This document shows positions 11,066-23,488 of a stretch of DNA of 64,000 bases, piece by piece. The DNA comes from Phoronis australis (taxonomy: Eukaryota; Animalia; Phoronida). Within the stretch, counting starts at the first letter, position 1, and every line of letters begins with the position of its first letter. Below the pieces are notes generated by a model. That model was given only the letters and a program-made list of their open reading frames with translations. It was not told where the DNA came from and did not search any database. The position numbers were made by a program, and so were the translations under genes. Where the stretch lies: NCBI GenBank assembly GCA_002633005.1, contig NMRA01000454.1, positions 30,921-94,920 of the forward strand. The letters are read 5' to 3'.

Positions 11066-12258
11066 GACCTGTCGGTTTTTTGGAGGGACAAAGGGAAATT
11101 TCATCCGAACTGCTCCACCGAGAGAAGGTGCCGTCTGATATGGGACACCTTAATTAGGAAAAGCAAAACATAATTAAGCTTGGAAAAGAGTGACAGTTCA
11201 TTCCATCGTCGTGTGGTCAGACGACGGTGCAGGAAGTGACCTTCTTCAACATGAAAGTTGGTTGCACCATTTCATAAAAACAGGAAACTACACGTACGAG
11301 TCCAACATTTGGTCCTGTCTCCGTGAGCTTACCCTTAAGAATATGTCAATAGAAACATAAAAACTGTGGCCACTTGAAAGTGATTAATGGACTCCTTCAG
11401 ATGTGGGGCCCCTTTATGTGAAAATATCTATATTTCCAAAAATCAAGAAATATGTAGAAATTGATGATATATGTCAGGTCATCAATTTTTCTCAAGTGAT
11501 ATACAAGTGATTCGAGAAAAAAGCGACTGTTGTTCCGTTATCCCTTGCTAGAGAGGGGCCTCTGGAAAAATATGGTTTTGCAGTCGCAAAATTAACTAAC
11601 TGAATTGAAAAATCCTGGAAAATAATACGCTTCGCCAAAGCTTCGCAAATTTTGTCGATTTTTCTAAATATATGCATGATCAATACGTGCACGTTTCCAA
11701 GTGTATTTAGACGACCTTTGCTACGAAAGCGGAGACATCAACAACAATGTCATGGCCAGGGTCCTCAAATGTAAACCATTCACAGAGTTGTTGAATGTTC
11801 TCTTGAGTTTTCTCTTTTATCCACATTTAGCAGTCTGACTTTCTTTTCTCGACTGTCCCCGCCCTATGCGTAAGTCGGGTACGGAGTAGCCCTGAAGCCT
11901 GAAATTTTTTTGGGGGGTGGGTGTCCCCCGCCCCGCCCCCGCTTCCTACGGCCCTGATAAGGTGTGTATTTTCGAGGGTTCACTTATATTGCCGGACAAT
12001 GTGCCCGCGCCGGGCGTGGCTGTACTTTTTCAACAAGTTTGCGAAATTACCCGCGCGAGGTACATTAGTGGGACCCTAAATTTCCGAGTCCATTTCGTCC
12101 CTTCACGAAAAGGCCCACTGCATTGGCTTCAACCCCAAATAGTGCACTGCTGGCCGACTTCCTACAGAAAAATCTACCCCACAAAAAGGTGTAAATTAGC
12201 AGAACTGACACCCGCAATAAGGATGCTGAACTCTCGGCAATTTTTCACAAATTAAAAC

Positions 12259-12555
12259 TGTTAGAGTATGATCTCATATCCGAGTGAGTGCATGTGTAGG
12301 AGTAAGCCTAGTTCAGAGAATTAAGTGTTACGTAATACACCCCCAACATGAGTAATTGTAGTAAACATGTTTGTTCAGTACATCCTGTTATGATTCATGT
12401 ATGTCACGTACTATATAAGTGTATGATCGCATGGATTGTAACAGACTCAGTAGTATCAGTAGAAGAGTATGTAATAAAACTATTATCCTCTTTCAGACTA
12501 GTATTATCCTTGGACCGCGTTCTCGCACTGCGTCGCGCATTCAATGTTCCTAACC
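12259..12555 (+). mobile_element. Probable solo LTR (about 300 bp)
   Basis: Starts TGTTAG and ends ctaac(c); internal TATATAAG at about 12412 and AATAAA at about 12473; flanks aaac/gaac resemble a 4-bp TSD with one mismatch. Confidence 0.45.
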
Positions 12556-15113
12556 GAACAGAATGCCTTTCACTGCTAGCACATCAACAAAAACACTTAC
12601 TACCGGGATTCTTATATGATCTCCTACAATCTAAGTCACACTAAACTGCTATAGGGACGGTGATACGTAGTCCTGAAAAGGACTGTTGGGTTGAGTCAAG
12701 ATTTTACACAAAAAGCGCAACAAAACGGTCTATCAACGCCAAAGGCTGACGGCAGGTCTACTCTAGATGTCTAAGGGGCCCGCTATAAGCAAGTGACATG
12801 ATTGCAGCGCTACCTGTTAGCGAAGCGGGGTTTTACACACAGCGCCCCGGCTTAGGGGACGTTAGGTGAGTAGCCTTAGGTAAGCCTTAGAATTGCTTTT
12901 ACACTGATATAGTTCGAATCTGCCGTGATTTGTGAGAGTTTCTGATGTTAACAAGCCTCAGCAGCCTTCATCAGCGACATTCTACAGACGTAAGTTAGGT
13001 ACACTTTAGTATCAGTCCACCGATCCACCGACCACACTACACATACTGTATTGGGGACCAGAAGCTGAGGACGCCTGTGAGTACAGGCAACAAGCGGCGA
13101 GGTGAGGGGTCAGCCATTCGGAACCATGTTCAGTCTAATAAATCACATTAGGGATTTGAGAAATTGAGTGAAGTATGATACCACAGAATGGTAAAAGTCT
13201 AGTTGCCGGGTTCCTATTCAGACCTAGCTATTCAATCCTTCATATCTCCTACAAAAATGATCACACATGGGTAATATATTCCTCAATGGATTCGTAGTTT
13301 ACTCCTGTGCTAAAATTGTTTCGATATAAACTTTCAATTTCCGAAAATTTAACGGCAAACGTCGCATACGTTTTTTCATGGAAGCCATTGAAATTGAGGT
13401 GCTATGAAAAGGACGCCTAGGGTTGAAATGCGTAAACTAGTACTGTACAAGTACGAATTTGTGGTATATTTACAAACTGCCGAGAGAAATAACTTTGAAA
13501 ACTCTTGGGAAAATGCACAAGGAATATAGCGAGACATTTCGGAGAACCTTAAAGATGAGGGGACGTGAAGGAGGTAACGTGTCCTCCTGTGAAGTAATCT
13601 GTCTGCTTCGGAGGCAGGTGTGCAGCAGGAGCTAGATTATCTACCGTAGTAGATTCACTTGCCCGAATCATCGTTACAACCCTCGACATATATTGGCGTC
13701 GCTAAAGACACTAAGTACATCCACTGTGAAGACCGGAAATCCGACAGGGGTCTGAAAAATAACCACAGGCGTTAAGTCAAGGTTCAACGTCCTCAAGGCT
13801 TCATGCGAGATCAGGTAGGCATCACCAAATTCCAGGATCAGACACTGAGGAACATTTTTAGGAGCACGCCATTCATGCAAAAATACTTTTATTGACACAC
13901 CATGATTGCTTATAACTTGGGCCCTATTGCTTAATTCCATCTTATTTCAAATGTCTTGAAGTATATGCAGTGTATAATGTATACGCTGACATAGAAAATA
14001 GGTAGTTATAATAACTTTTCATAATAACCACCAAATGTTTTTAAATATTTTACATGACTTCTGCCCATAACCTACTTTTAGAGACTAGAGAGTATGCTAT
14101 GTCCGCCATTGAATTTCTGTGATTGAATATGATGTTAATTAAACAAGCCAAATCTGTCAAAAATATTGTACATTTCTCAAAAAATTACACTGATATTAAG
14201 TTGTGATTTTTGCAACCAATCAAGCTTACAAAGATGGTTAGGCTAAAAAATGAAACAGACATCAAAAAAGTAGAACTGATATATGCCTAATGTGCTGTTC
14301 ACAGTTTTGCTCAATCACTCATCACTGAGGGAGAAGGCGCACATCAAAATGCACCTTGTCAAAATTGGGATAAAAAGGACAGGAATTTTAACATGACCCA
14401 TACGTCCTCCAAATTATCCTGTTGACTTGAGGCCCTGAACTTGAAGGGACAATTGATTTGTTCACCACGTAAAGGATTCTGGTGTTGTTTCATGCATGCT
14501 GAATTTGCAGTAGAGTTCAAAATTCCAATTTACCTCTTATGATTGCCAAAAAGCAGTGTATTTCTGAATATTAGGGTAAACTAACAAACATAATAAGTGA
14601 CTCTTGTGAGGGTTCCACAATATTTATCGAGGATCTTGAACCTATGGTTTCCATGTCATACTTGTGCCTGAAAGATAGTGTATGCTATGTATGCAATAGA
14701 TCACAACAACACAATTACACAAGTCAGATGTTTGTTTGGAAATATGTTTTGTTGAAATGGTAACTTTTTGTGCTCATGGTGAAGGTGGGCTCATGTGAAG
14801 TGCAGAATGGTATTGCTCAACTTTTGGAGTCATATCAGCTGCCTTCTGCTGTTCTGTTTTATAAACAACCAAGATGGTAGTGGACTAGGGTGGGGAGATC
14901 TTGTACGGTTGCATTGGGGATTTTAGATGGTTTTGCTAGAAATTACATAGCAAATACATATTATACAGTTGCTGCTACCCAAGCACATTAGAGTAACCAC
15001 GTTAATTAAGGCACTGTTGTTTTTATTTGGTTGATCCCTATAGCCTATGACTGTGAACATGCAACAAAAGATATTTCCAATACAGCTGACTGAATATAAC
15101 TACGAATTTTCAG

Positions 15114-15840
15114 GAATATGCAGAAGCTGCCAGACAAAATAGGTTGACTTAATGAAATTTCAGAGTGGGTCAAAGAAAGCGTGTTAGGTTTGGAGCCCAT
15201 AGATACTACAGTAACAGTAAGTACTTGTAAAAATCTGTAACAAATTTCATAATTGCCTAAAGTTGGTCAATTGTTTTATGTTTCAATGTTATGAAGAGAA
15301 ATGTAATGCAAAACTCATGCATTTCACAATGAACGCTGACACATAGGTAGCGCAGATAATTTAAATCAGTCTCAATATTTTCTACTTGTAATGTGCCATA
15401 CTTCTGTTTTATACCTTTGTCCTACTGTCAGGTACGTAGAAATTCATTTGGTAAATTTTTTATAATCAAATCTTAATGACTTATTTGTGATGCCTTCACG
15501 TTAATTTGGTATTCATGTTTTTTTGAGCCGAAATGGCCACATTAAATGTAATTTTTTCATTATTACAATTTTAGGAATCAGGAAAGCCTTATAATGAAGA
15601 AGTGGCTTCTGCTGAAGTTGGAAACTTGTCAATTATTAGTAAAGGTTGGGTATGGAAAAGTTCACAACCAGCAAGAAGGTACCTTTCTGGACAACTAAGT
15701 GAGGGGCTAGAGAGAGGCCGAAAAGTCTACTCCCAAAAGATATGAGGAACGAGTCTGTAAAAAAGTATTTGCCAAAGATTACTGGCTTATTTACCACAAC
15801 AGGTCCTAAGTAATTTGTTGAGATAGGCGACTCTCAGCAA
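15114..15840 (+). pseudogene. Possible decayed, spliced DNA-transposase C-terminal remnant (Sola3-like)
   Basis: Exon-like blocks after tttcag and ttttag give KGWVWKSSQPARRY...GLERGRKV..MRNES.KK.FAKDYWL.PQQVLS, with stops and frameshifts; resemblance judged from memory only. Confidence 0.3.
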
Positions 15841-18800
15841 CTGTGGGGAAACTGGGACCGTTGGATGTAGGAGATAGAACAGAGGAGGCATTGGAAAGAG
15901 ACAATCTGTGCTTTAAGATTGTCAAGGATGTAGCATTGTAAAAATTCAAAGGGAGGAAACAGTACAGTGGCTGGACTTGTAAATATTCTGGCGCATCTGC
16001 TAAATCTAGTGCTGGTATTATTATGTCAGCACAGCTGTGTAGGGAAGTAGGCTGTATTGTTGCAAGCTTTGTTTGCACCAGAACTGCTGTGTGAAGAGGA
16101 CAAATCTAAATTTACCCGTAGGTACTGAATTTTCGTCCACCGATCATGATCCTGGGCCAGTGGATTATGTGGGTAGAGCCACATGGTAGTGGGTACATTA
16201 TTCTTTTTGTTTAGCGTCTGGATATTTTTGGTCTGATAGGATTTCTCAATGTGGCCAACACATTTAGACGTTTGTTTTGTGATTTCTGACCACTGTGCTG
16301 TTTATTCCTTGAAATTGTGAAGTTGATCTGAATTTATGTTTCAGCATTTTATTTACCAATACATTTTTGTTTGTAAATGAGTATTTATTACTGACATTTG
16401 AGCCCCTGTTGCAGTTAGTCTGGTTTTGTTCACTTATCTTTTAGTCTGGGTTGTGAACCCACATTCCGTTCAAGAGGTAAAGCTTTGATTTAGACCATTT
16501 ACCTCTATAAACTTTTCTCAATTTGTTCCTTATCCAGATGGGAAGTGATTTCTGGAATTACAGCGAATTGACAGTTTGGTATTCCTAGAGACGGTGCTGT
16601 GTGCATAAAATCACGCCCTGTTAGAGAAGCCATCTTATAGAGCCTAGTCTCTAGCAAATGCATATTGCTAGTTCTTTTGGAATTCCGAAATTGCTCAAAA
16701 GTGACCAGGAAACAATTCCTATTTCATCATGGTAAGTTGTCTAAGTCAAAAGTTATTTTATGTGATAGTAGGCGGGTTTATGTCCTCTTCAAATGATTTT
16801 TTGTTGCAGTACTGAAAAGTGTTGGCACGTTAGCTCTTGTGTCTTGTTGGTTTTTGGTGAATTGACCATTTTGTGGTTCCCATGAGTAATTTTGTAATTG
16901 GTCTAGTATATATGTACAACTGTAATCGCACGGCAATGCCATGTTGCAAAAGTATTTTTTCGTGATCATATCATTGTGAAATGTTGCCTAATTGGAACCG
17001 ACAAGGCAATTTTTCATTTTGTGGTGTTTATTTTTGCTAAGAACATTGATGTGGTACCTACAGCCACCTCAAGTTTGTGAAGAAGAAGAAATTTACAGTG
17101 TTACCAGCGACATTGCGAAATCCCTTTTTCGCAATGAGACTACATCACCTTAAGTGTAATTCCCTGACTATGAGTTTTGTGTTGTTGACTCTGTCCTGTA
17201 GCAATGGGAGTTTTGAAAATATGTAGAAGGCATTTTTTATTAGAGTCATTACATTTGCACTTTTGACTGTACTGTGTTGTCTGTGAGGTAGACAACTTTC
17301 GAATGAGATAAGAAATACAATTGTCAAACATGGTTTTACTTTTTAGATGTGTGATTACTTTTGAAAAACCAGTGCAGAATTTGATGTTTACTCTTCATTT
17401 AAAAGAGAATAAACCCATTAACTTCATTGTCTAGAAATTTTACTCATACTATGTATTACAGGGTTGGGGATTGATATCTTAATACAACGGAATCTGAACC
17501 TGTGCCATGAGCAATGCAAAACAATACATGGATATAAAAGATTGGTGTTTGGGTTCCACAGAATGGATTCGTGTGCTCGGTAAGAGTTACTGAGGTGCAC
17601 GATAAGTTTCTGTGGGATTCCCCTTCCGTGGTCATCCACGGGAAACCTGCTGGCATAGATTAGCATCGTCACTGTTCCCGTTGTTATAGTAAAGATAATG
17701 ACGAGCATTTATCGGCAACGGTCTGATGTATGCCCAAGGTTCTATATCCATGCGACCTGCGTTGTTATATCCAACAATGACACCACACAGGAAAACAATG
17801 ATACGACCGATAGGCGATATACATGCCACCAGTTGCCATGGACAGTGGTGAAGTTTGTCTTGTGATTGGAATGTTTTTAGAGAACTGCAAACCCGGGTAT
17901 TTCGTCAGCAAAATTTCTGCGGCCTTTTGTTTTAATTCGTATGAAAAATTGTGGTCATGCCACTAAACTTATGATTTGATATTACAATGCAATGCATGAA
18001 CATTTGATCAACAGAAAATCTGACTTGAATAGGTGTGCAGAAATACCCATGAGCAAATTGCAAAGCATAACAACTGTACATGTAAGTCAAATTAACCTAC
18101 ATTTGTCGAGCTCATATCTAACCTAATAACTGGGGAGGACATAATCGGCTTTTTTAAAAATGGAGCAATGTATGGTATCTAGGGTACTATAGTCCTAGGT
18201 GGTAAGAATTAAAACATTCAAAACATTCAGGAGGAACAAACTCATTGCAAAATATCGAAAAACATTAAGGACAATCTGATTTTACGTGCTCACGCAACGG
18301 TCTCAGGTATTTAAAAATTTGTCATTTATTTTTTGTACATTTTTGAGGTGCCAAAATGTATAACTAATAAACAGGCTGACAGTTTTTATTTTATACAATG
18401 AAAGTAAAATGTTGTCAACATTTTGGAAAAGTTTCATTCTCATAGCAGTGGGGGCAGATTTGGTATAGCAGTATATTGAACATAACTTCAAAACGGCATA
18501 ACGGGGGGCAGTGTAGTAAAACTAACAAATGATGGTGTGAAATCGGAATCTTTTTTTAAGACATCTTGGTGAACATTTACATCAGATGATACTTGGCCAT
18601 GTAAATTATATTGCTGTTTTTTAATGAATTTTACTAAAAAGACATTACATTACTTTGTAAGGTGACTCCACGTGGCCGGCAAGTCGATCACTTAGTACTG
18701 AGTACTCTGGACTTCGAGTTGTTCAAAGCTTATCAGCAACGCATTCACTGACAGTCACAAAGCCCCGTTTACTATATGCAGCACTTTTGTACGGTATATC

Positions 18801-19691
18801 CAATGGTGTAAATATACATGTACAACATACGCAAATTTACGCTAGGGTGTAAATGATATTGACATCGCGTTCGTATGGAATAAGAGAGAAGTAATATTTG
18901 CACTCAGCACTATACGTTTCGGAGGGAAGCCGAGACAAGCAACGTTTGCTATAGTAATTAAGAGTATGATATTCTACAACAATGTCCTCGAATCTGCATG
19001 GGTGGCTCAGAGGCTCTGAGGCTCGGGTATCGATACCCACGAGATTGCTTTAGGAACAATCTTGCAAGTTAGAATTACCGATGGACAATTCTAAGACGGA
19101 GGGTGGTTTGATAATTGTCAATTGACAGATATCCTTTAATAGGCTTTCTCATATTCCCGTATATTCCTGGAACTTATTACAAACAAACACGGCAATCCAC
19201 CTTCCAGGTTGGAGCCCTAATGAACGCGTGCTCACCTTTGGTAACCTGAAGGAGCTACGTACAAAAGCATGTTTTCCTGTTCTCAGTGCATACGGTTAGC
19301 ACATTCACAGCTGATTACCTGATTGGTCATACACTTCAGAAAATTTCCACAAGGTCATCACTTGAATGCTAGATTTGGGCCGGATTTCTCAGTTGCCACG
19401 GTCCAGTACGTTATGGTATCGTCGGAAGACACATCTCAATGAAAGCATTCGAAATTTTGTTCGCGGGGTTTATTCTTACAATATGGTTCCATTATTCCAT
19501 TATTTTTGAAGTGTGATTACCGACACTGCTTCTATCGTTACCCCTTCCTGGTTATCTCTTCCTGCCGGTAGTGATGTAAACACCACATGCTGTGACCGGG
19601 TCGCGCATTTCATGACTTGACAAATTCTGGAAGTTCAGCGTTGAATTTGAGCAACGAATTTTGCAAAATGAACCGAAAGCTGATTTTTCCG

Positions 19692-19907
19692 ATGCGCGCA
19701 CCCAGGAGGGGGGAGGATCGGGGAGCTCAAATGAGTCCCCCTATTTGGCGAAGTGGGCAGAAACGTCCGCCCCTTGAGAGACAAAAAGTCCACTAAATTT
19801 GCGCAAACGCGCCCGTTTGTTTTTAGTCCGCCCGCTCTTTTGTTAGCAAAATGTCCGCAACGTCAGGAATTCGAGCCCCTCTATATTGAAGGCTGGTTGC
19901 GTGTATG
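19692..19907. mobile_element. Second copy of the 10071-10285 MITE-like family
   Basis: atgcgcgcacccagg...gaattcgagcccctctatattgaaggctggttgcgtgtatg. Confidence 0.7.
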
Positions 19908-19998
19908 TTTCCTGATGAACTTATAAGCTTGCTTGCGTATTGAACTTAATTCTTAGGGATAATGTCTATACAGAGAAACTGTGGGATAAAAGTGTCAC

Positions 19999-19999
<1 letters not shown>

Positions 20000-20054
<55 letters not shown>
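20000..20054. repeat. (CAG)n microsatellite, about 18 units, ending at an N join
   Basis: Read directly. Confidence 0.95.
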
Positions 20055-20394
20055 NCGCTAGCAAATTATAGTAGCTTGAACGTGATTATTTGAGTGGGTA
20101 TGCCGAGTTCACGTAGGCCCATATACGATCTTGAGATTAACCGAAACTCCAAGTTCATATTCGACACTCGAATCTTCGATTGACACTTCGTACGGCCTCC
20201 ATTTATTTTTTGGTGCACCACAGAAAAGCAAAAAATTAAGCTAAAAAAATCTGTATTAAATTCAGTTCATTATGAAAAAATTCGATGTCATGGCGAAGAT
20301 TATTATTTGGGCTTAGGTTTCGAATAAAAGTGTTTGCGTAAAGATCCGTTTCATGAAGTTTTTAACAAAAATGAAGCGGAAATAGTGCCTTTAA

Positions 20395-21202
20395 CACAGC
20401 CAAACAAAAACGCTGCACCTTGACAGTTTCGGCTACTCAAGCAGCCATCTTCGGAAGCTATTGGACAGTAGGTGGCGTGGTGATGACATTGTTCCAAATT
20501 TTAGATAATTGATACCCCCCATCGTCTCAGTCCATAACTGAGCCACTTTTCTTACCCAAATAGACTCTCTAATCCGTCTAGATCTCAAGTTATTTTATGA
20601 CTCAACAGGACGAGCGTCTTTCCAGTTTATTACATGGTTAAAACCAAGAGCATGGTCCGTCACTGCAGATTTGTTGATAGTATTCTGAGACCATCTCCTC
20701 ATTGAACGCGTTTCTCTACGCTGTGGCAGCGCATCCACCTCCTTTCTGTGTTCGTTAAGCCTGACTGAAAAACTCTCGCCCAGTCTGCCCGAAGCACAGT
20801 TGAGGCAAGGAATGCGATAAACTCACGGACATTTCTTATCCTCACGTACTCTGTCTTTGGGATGAACTAAAATGTTCCTGATAGTCTTACACGGCTTCAT
20901 GGCAGTAACTATGCCATATTGTCTGAACACACGTTGTGCATATTCCGAAAGACCTTTAACATACGGGATGACTACATTACGTTTTCTGTCTTCTCCCGGT
21001 TGGCGATTCCTCCCAATAAAGTCCATATTCGATAGCGTCTGCTAGATCTAGACGGATTAGAGGATTAGAGAGTCTATTTGGGTGANATTGTCTAAAATTT
21101 GGAACAGTGTCATCACCACGCAACCTATTGTCCAATGGCTTCCAAAGATGGCTGCTGTGAGTAGCCGAAACTGCCAAGGTACAGCGTTTTTGCTTGGTTG
21201 TG
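20395..21202. mobile_element. Non-autonomous TIR element with roughly 160-190 bp inverted arms, flanked by TTAA on both sides
   Basis: ttaa|cacagccaaacaaaaacgctgcaccttgacagtttcggctactc... is inverted at ...gagtagccgaaactgccaaggtacagcgtttttgcttggttgtg|ttaa. Confidence 0.85.
20590..21010 (-). mobile_element. Penelope-like element fragment: RT-EN linker and GIY-YIG endonuclease (decayed)
   Basis: VVIPYVKGLSEYAQRVFRQYGI...KPCKTIRNILVHPKD...VYRIPCLNC...GE, then LNEHRKEV...SAVTDH..NHVINW. Confidence 0.85.
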
Positions 21203-22167
21203 TTAATAAGAATTAATCTATGAATAAGCCAAATCGTTAACAACTTGGATATGATCATGAATCGCGTCTCAGATTTCATTTTCAATTTCTACCTGTTCCT
21301 ATTGCCAAAAATTAGTGTTATTGACAGGAATCCAAGTGTTCACCAGATATTTTTACGGTTTGCTTGTAAAGATTTTGAATTTCTATTGATGTCAAGTCAT
21401 TTTTCTTTTAGTTTCAAATTTCATAAAAATGATCTGTCAACTGCTTGACGGACTTCGCTGAACTCTTTCCGACGTGGCAAACCACATGTCTTTAATTGAT
21501 AAGGCAAGACATAGACGTACCACATTTCTCTGATATGGAAAATGTGACCTTTGACATTTGATGTAAACAAAACATTGACTTCAAGCAGCCGCCGGATTAA
21601 GATGCAGTTGGTGTTTAAAATTAGTTACAAAGGTATCACAGTATTCAGATAAATTCTAAAATGCACTTGCATTTTTCACTGGCTTGCCTCATTTAGTTGC
21701 TGCCGTCCTATCGTCCTGTCTTGGTACATGTATCTCACATATAGTGATTTGCCGTTATTGTCCTTGCTCTCAGTCACCTGTTAATGTGAGCGCATGCGGA
21801 CATTTATCGTAAGTGGGAGGAAGATATGAAATTCGGTGATGACTACAGATTTTTACCTTCGAATGTATTTCAAAAATAGCGAATTTTGTAACTTTTTATG
21901 GAAATTCCTTCACAGGGTAATGTGAATAACTCTTTAGTAGACGTTGCGAGATGATACTTTCGTCAGAAATTGTTTAAAAGACATTTAAGGCGAGCTGTCG
22001 CGTTCCACGCCTCTTTAATACCCTTTTGCTAACATCCACTAAAAGATTTTAAATGACTTTCAGAGTAAGCAAAATACCTAATTGACCAAAACTCTTAACA
22101 AATATGTGATTTATGATTGATCACCTGTTAATGTACACTCAATTATAGTTCAAAGTCTCGGAGGACG

Positions 22168-22309
22168 ATGTCGGAGTACTCCACCAATATCGATCTTCCC
22201 GCGGAGGCAGGTTTGTTGACAAAAACGTTTTTGGAAGATTGGTTGTGTGAAGCGGAAGGCAATCGTATGCAAGTCACTGATGTCAACATAGTGTTAGCGT
22301 GTTCACCAG
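22168..22309 (+). CDS. EcKL/CHK-type kinase, coding exon 1
   Basis: ATG at 22168, MSEYSTNIDLPAEAGLLTKTFLEDWL...VLACSPG; donor G|gtgagt, phase 1, completes GENFMS with the next exon. An acceptor at 22147-22148 suggests an upstream UTR exon. Confidence 0.85.
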
Positions 22310-22524
22310 GTGAGTAGTAATCATGTCTTCAACATGACGTCAGGCTCATGGAATAGCCAACGTAAAGGAATTCGTGAAACTATGCTGCATAATATGTCAT
22401 ACTAACTGAAGTTGGTTTCAGTCTTAACAAATGTAGAATGAATATTCACTGCACCTAGTTGAAGAGAATAATTAAACAGATTTTAACATACCCAATGCTC
22501 CATGTGGAATTTATATTTTGCATT

Positions 22525-23390
22525 TGTATGCGCCCACATATTTATATGTGGACGCATTATGCCGTCATCTCCGTCCGTCCGTTCGTCCGTCCGTGCAGCG
22601 TCCGTCCGGCGTCCGTCCGTCCGGCGTCAGCTGCTCTATCTCCAAAACCCTTTGACATACATTCATGAAATTTGGCACATATGTTCCTTTCATAAATGGG
22701 ACGGAATGAGGGAACTTTCGGACGGATTTCAGTACCTGTTTACCCCTAGCGGCAATTTTAATTTTTTACTTTTACTTTTGTATCTTCAAAAGTCCTTCAC
22801 AGATTTTCATGAAATTTGGTATGTAGGCATCTATTAGTGAGATGACGCTATCCTCTCGTTTTCGGATGGATTTGATGAAGTTTGCGCCACCTAGTGGCCG
22901 ATTTTACTGTTTTCGAGTCTGTTTTTTGCGTCCACCCCTCTATCAAACAAGGCCCTGTCTCCAATCTCCGTACAAAGACTCATACTCATACTCGAGATTT
23001 CATACTCAAAATCGTGCTCACGGGAGTCGTACTCAAAGAAGCGTATCTAATGTCGCACTTCGAGTAGATAAAAAACGTACGGGTCCAAGCCGCTCAAAGG
23101 ACGATTGTGAAAATTGGCATGTATGTTCTTACTATGAAGTGGACGTCTGACGATGATTTTGCGACGACTTTGACTACTGTGGCGCCTTCTAGTGGCAGTT
23201 TTGTTTTTTTTGCGCTTATGGCTGTATCTCCTAAACCGTTCGCAGAATCTTTACTAAATTTAGTAAGTGTATTTATATGATGTCAACAACGGAGGACGAC
23301 GACTTTCAAACGGATCTAACCACTGTTGTGCCACCTAGTGGCAATTTTATGTCTGAGCATGTGCTCTGACTGTCAATTGCATGAATTAGT
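22525..23390. mobile_element. Helentron/HINE-like non-autonomous repeat in the kinase intron; related copies at about 36390-36950, 37150-37990, 44780-45880 and 48100-48250
   Basis: 5' hairpin atgcgcccacat..atgtggacgcat, (cgtc)n microsatellite, internal repeats with tgaaatttgg and gccacctagtggc, 3' end ..tagtt; shared ccaccc(c)tctatcaa blocks among copies. Confidence 0.6.
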
Positions 23391-23488
23391 TGCCTGAACT
23401 TGACCTGTTCACTGTTCCTGTTTAAGAGATGTTTCTATGTTAAGTATCAAACTAATCAGTTCACTTCTCGTTTTGTTTGTACTTCTAG

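Noticed and set aside
17424-17829. Overlapping minus-strand ORFs with a hydrophobic N-terminus as a gene
   Set aside because: No recognisable domain, frames are discontinuous, and no consistent exon chain was found.
18998-19042. tRNA-like A/B boxes (ggtggctcag...gggtatcgataccc); also ggttcaaatccc at about 53522
   Set aside because: No cloverleaf can be folded; at most decayed SINE heads.
20000-20054. (CAG)n as a polyglutamine exon
   Set aside because: No surrounding ORF or splice context; a simple microsatellite at a contig break.
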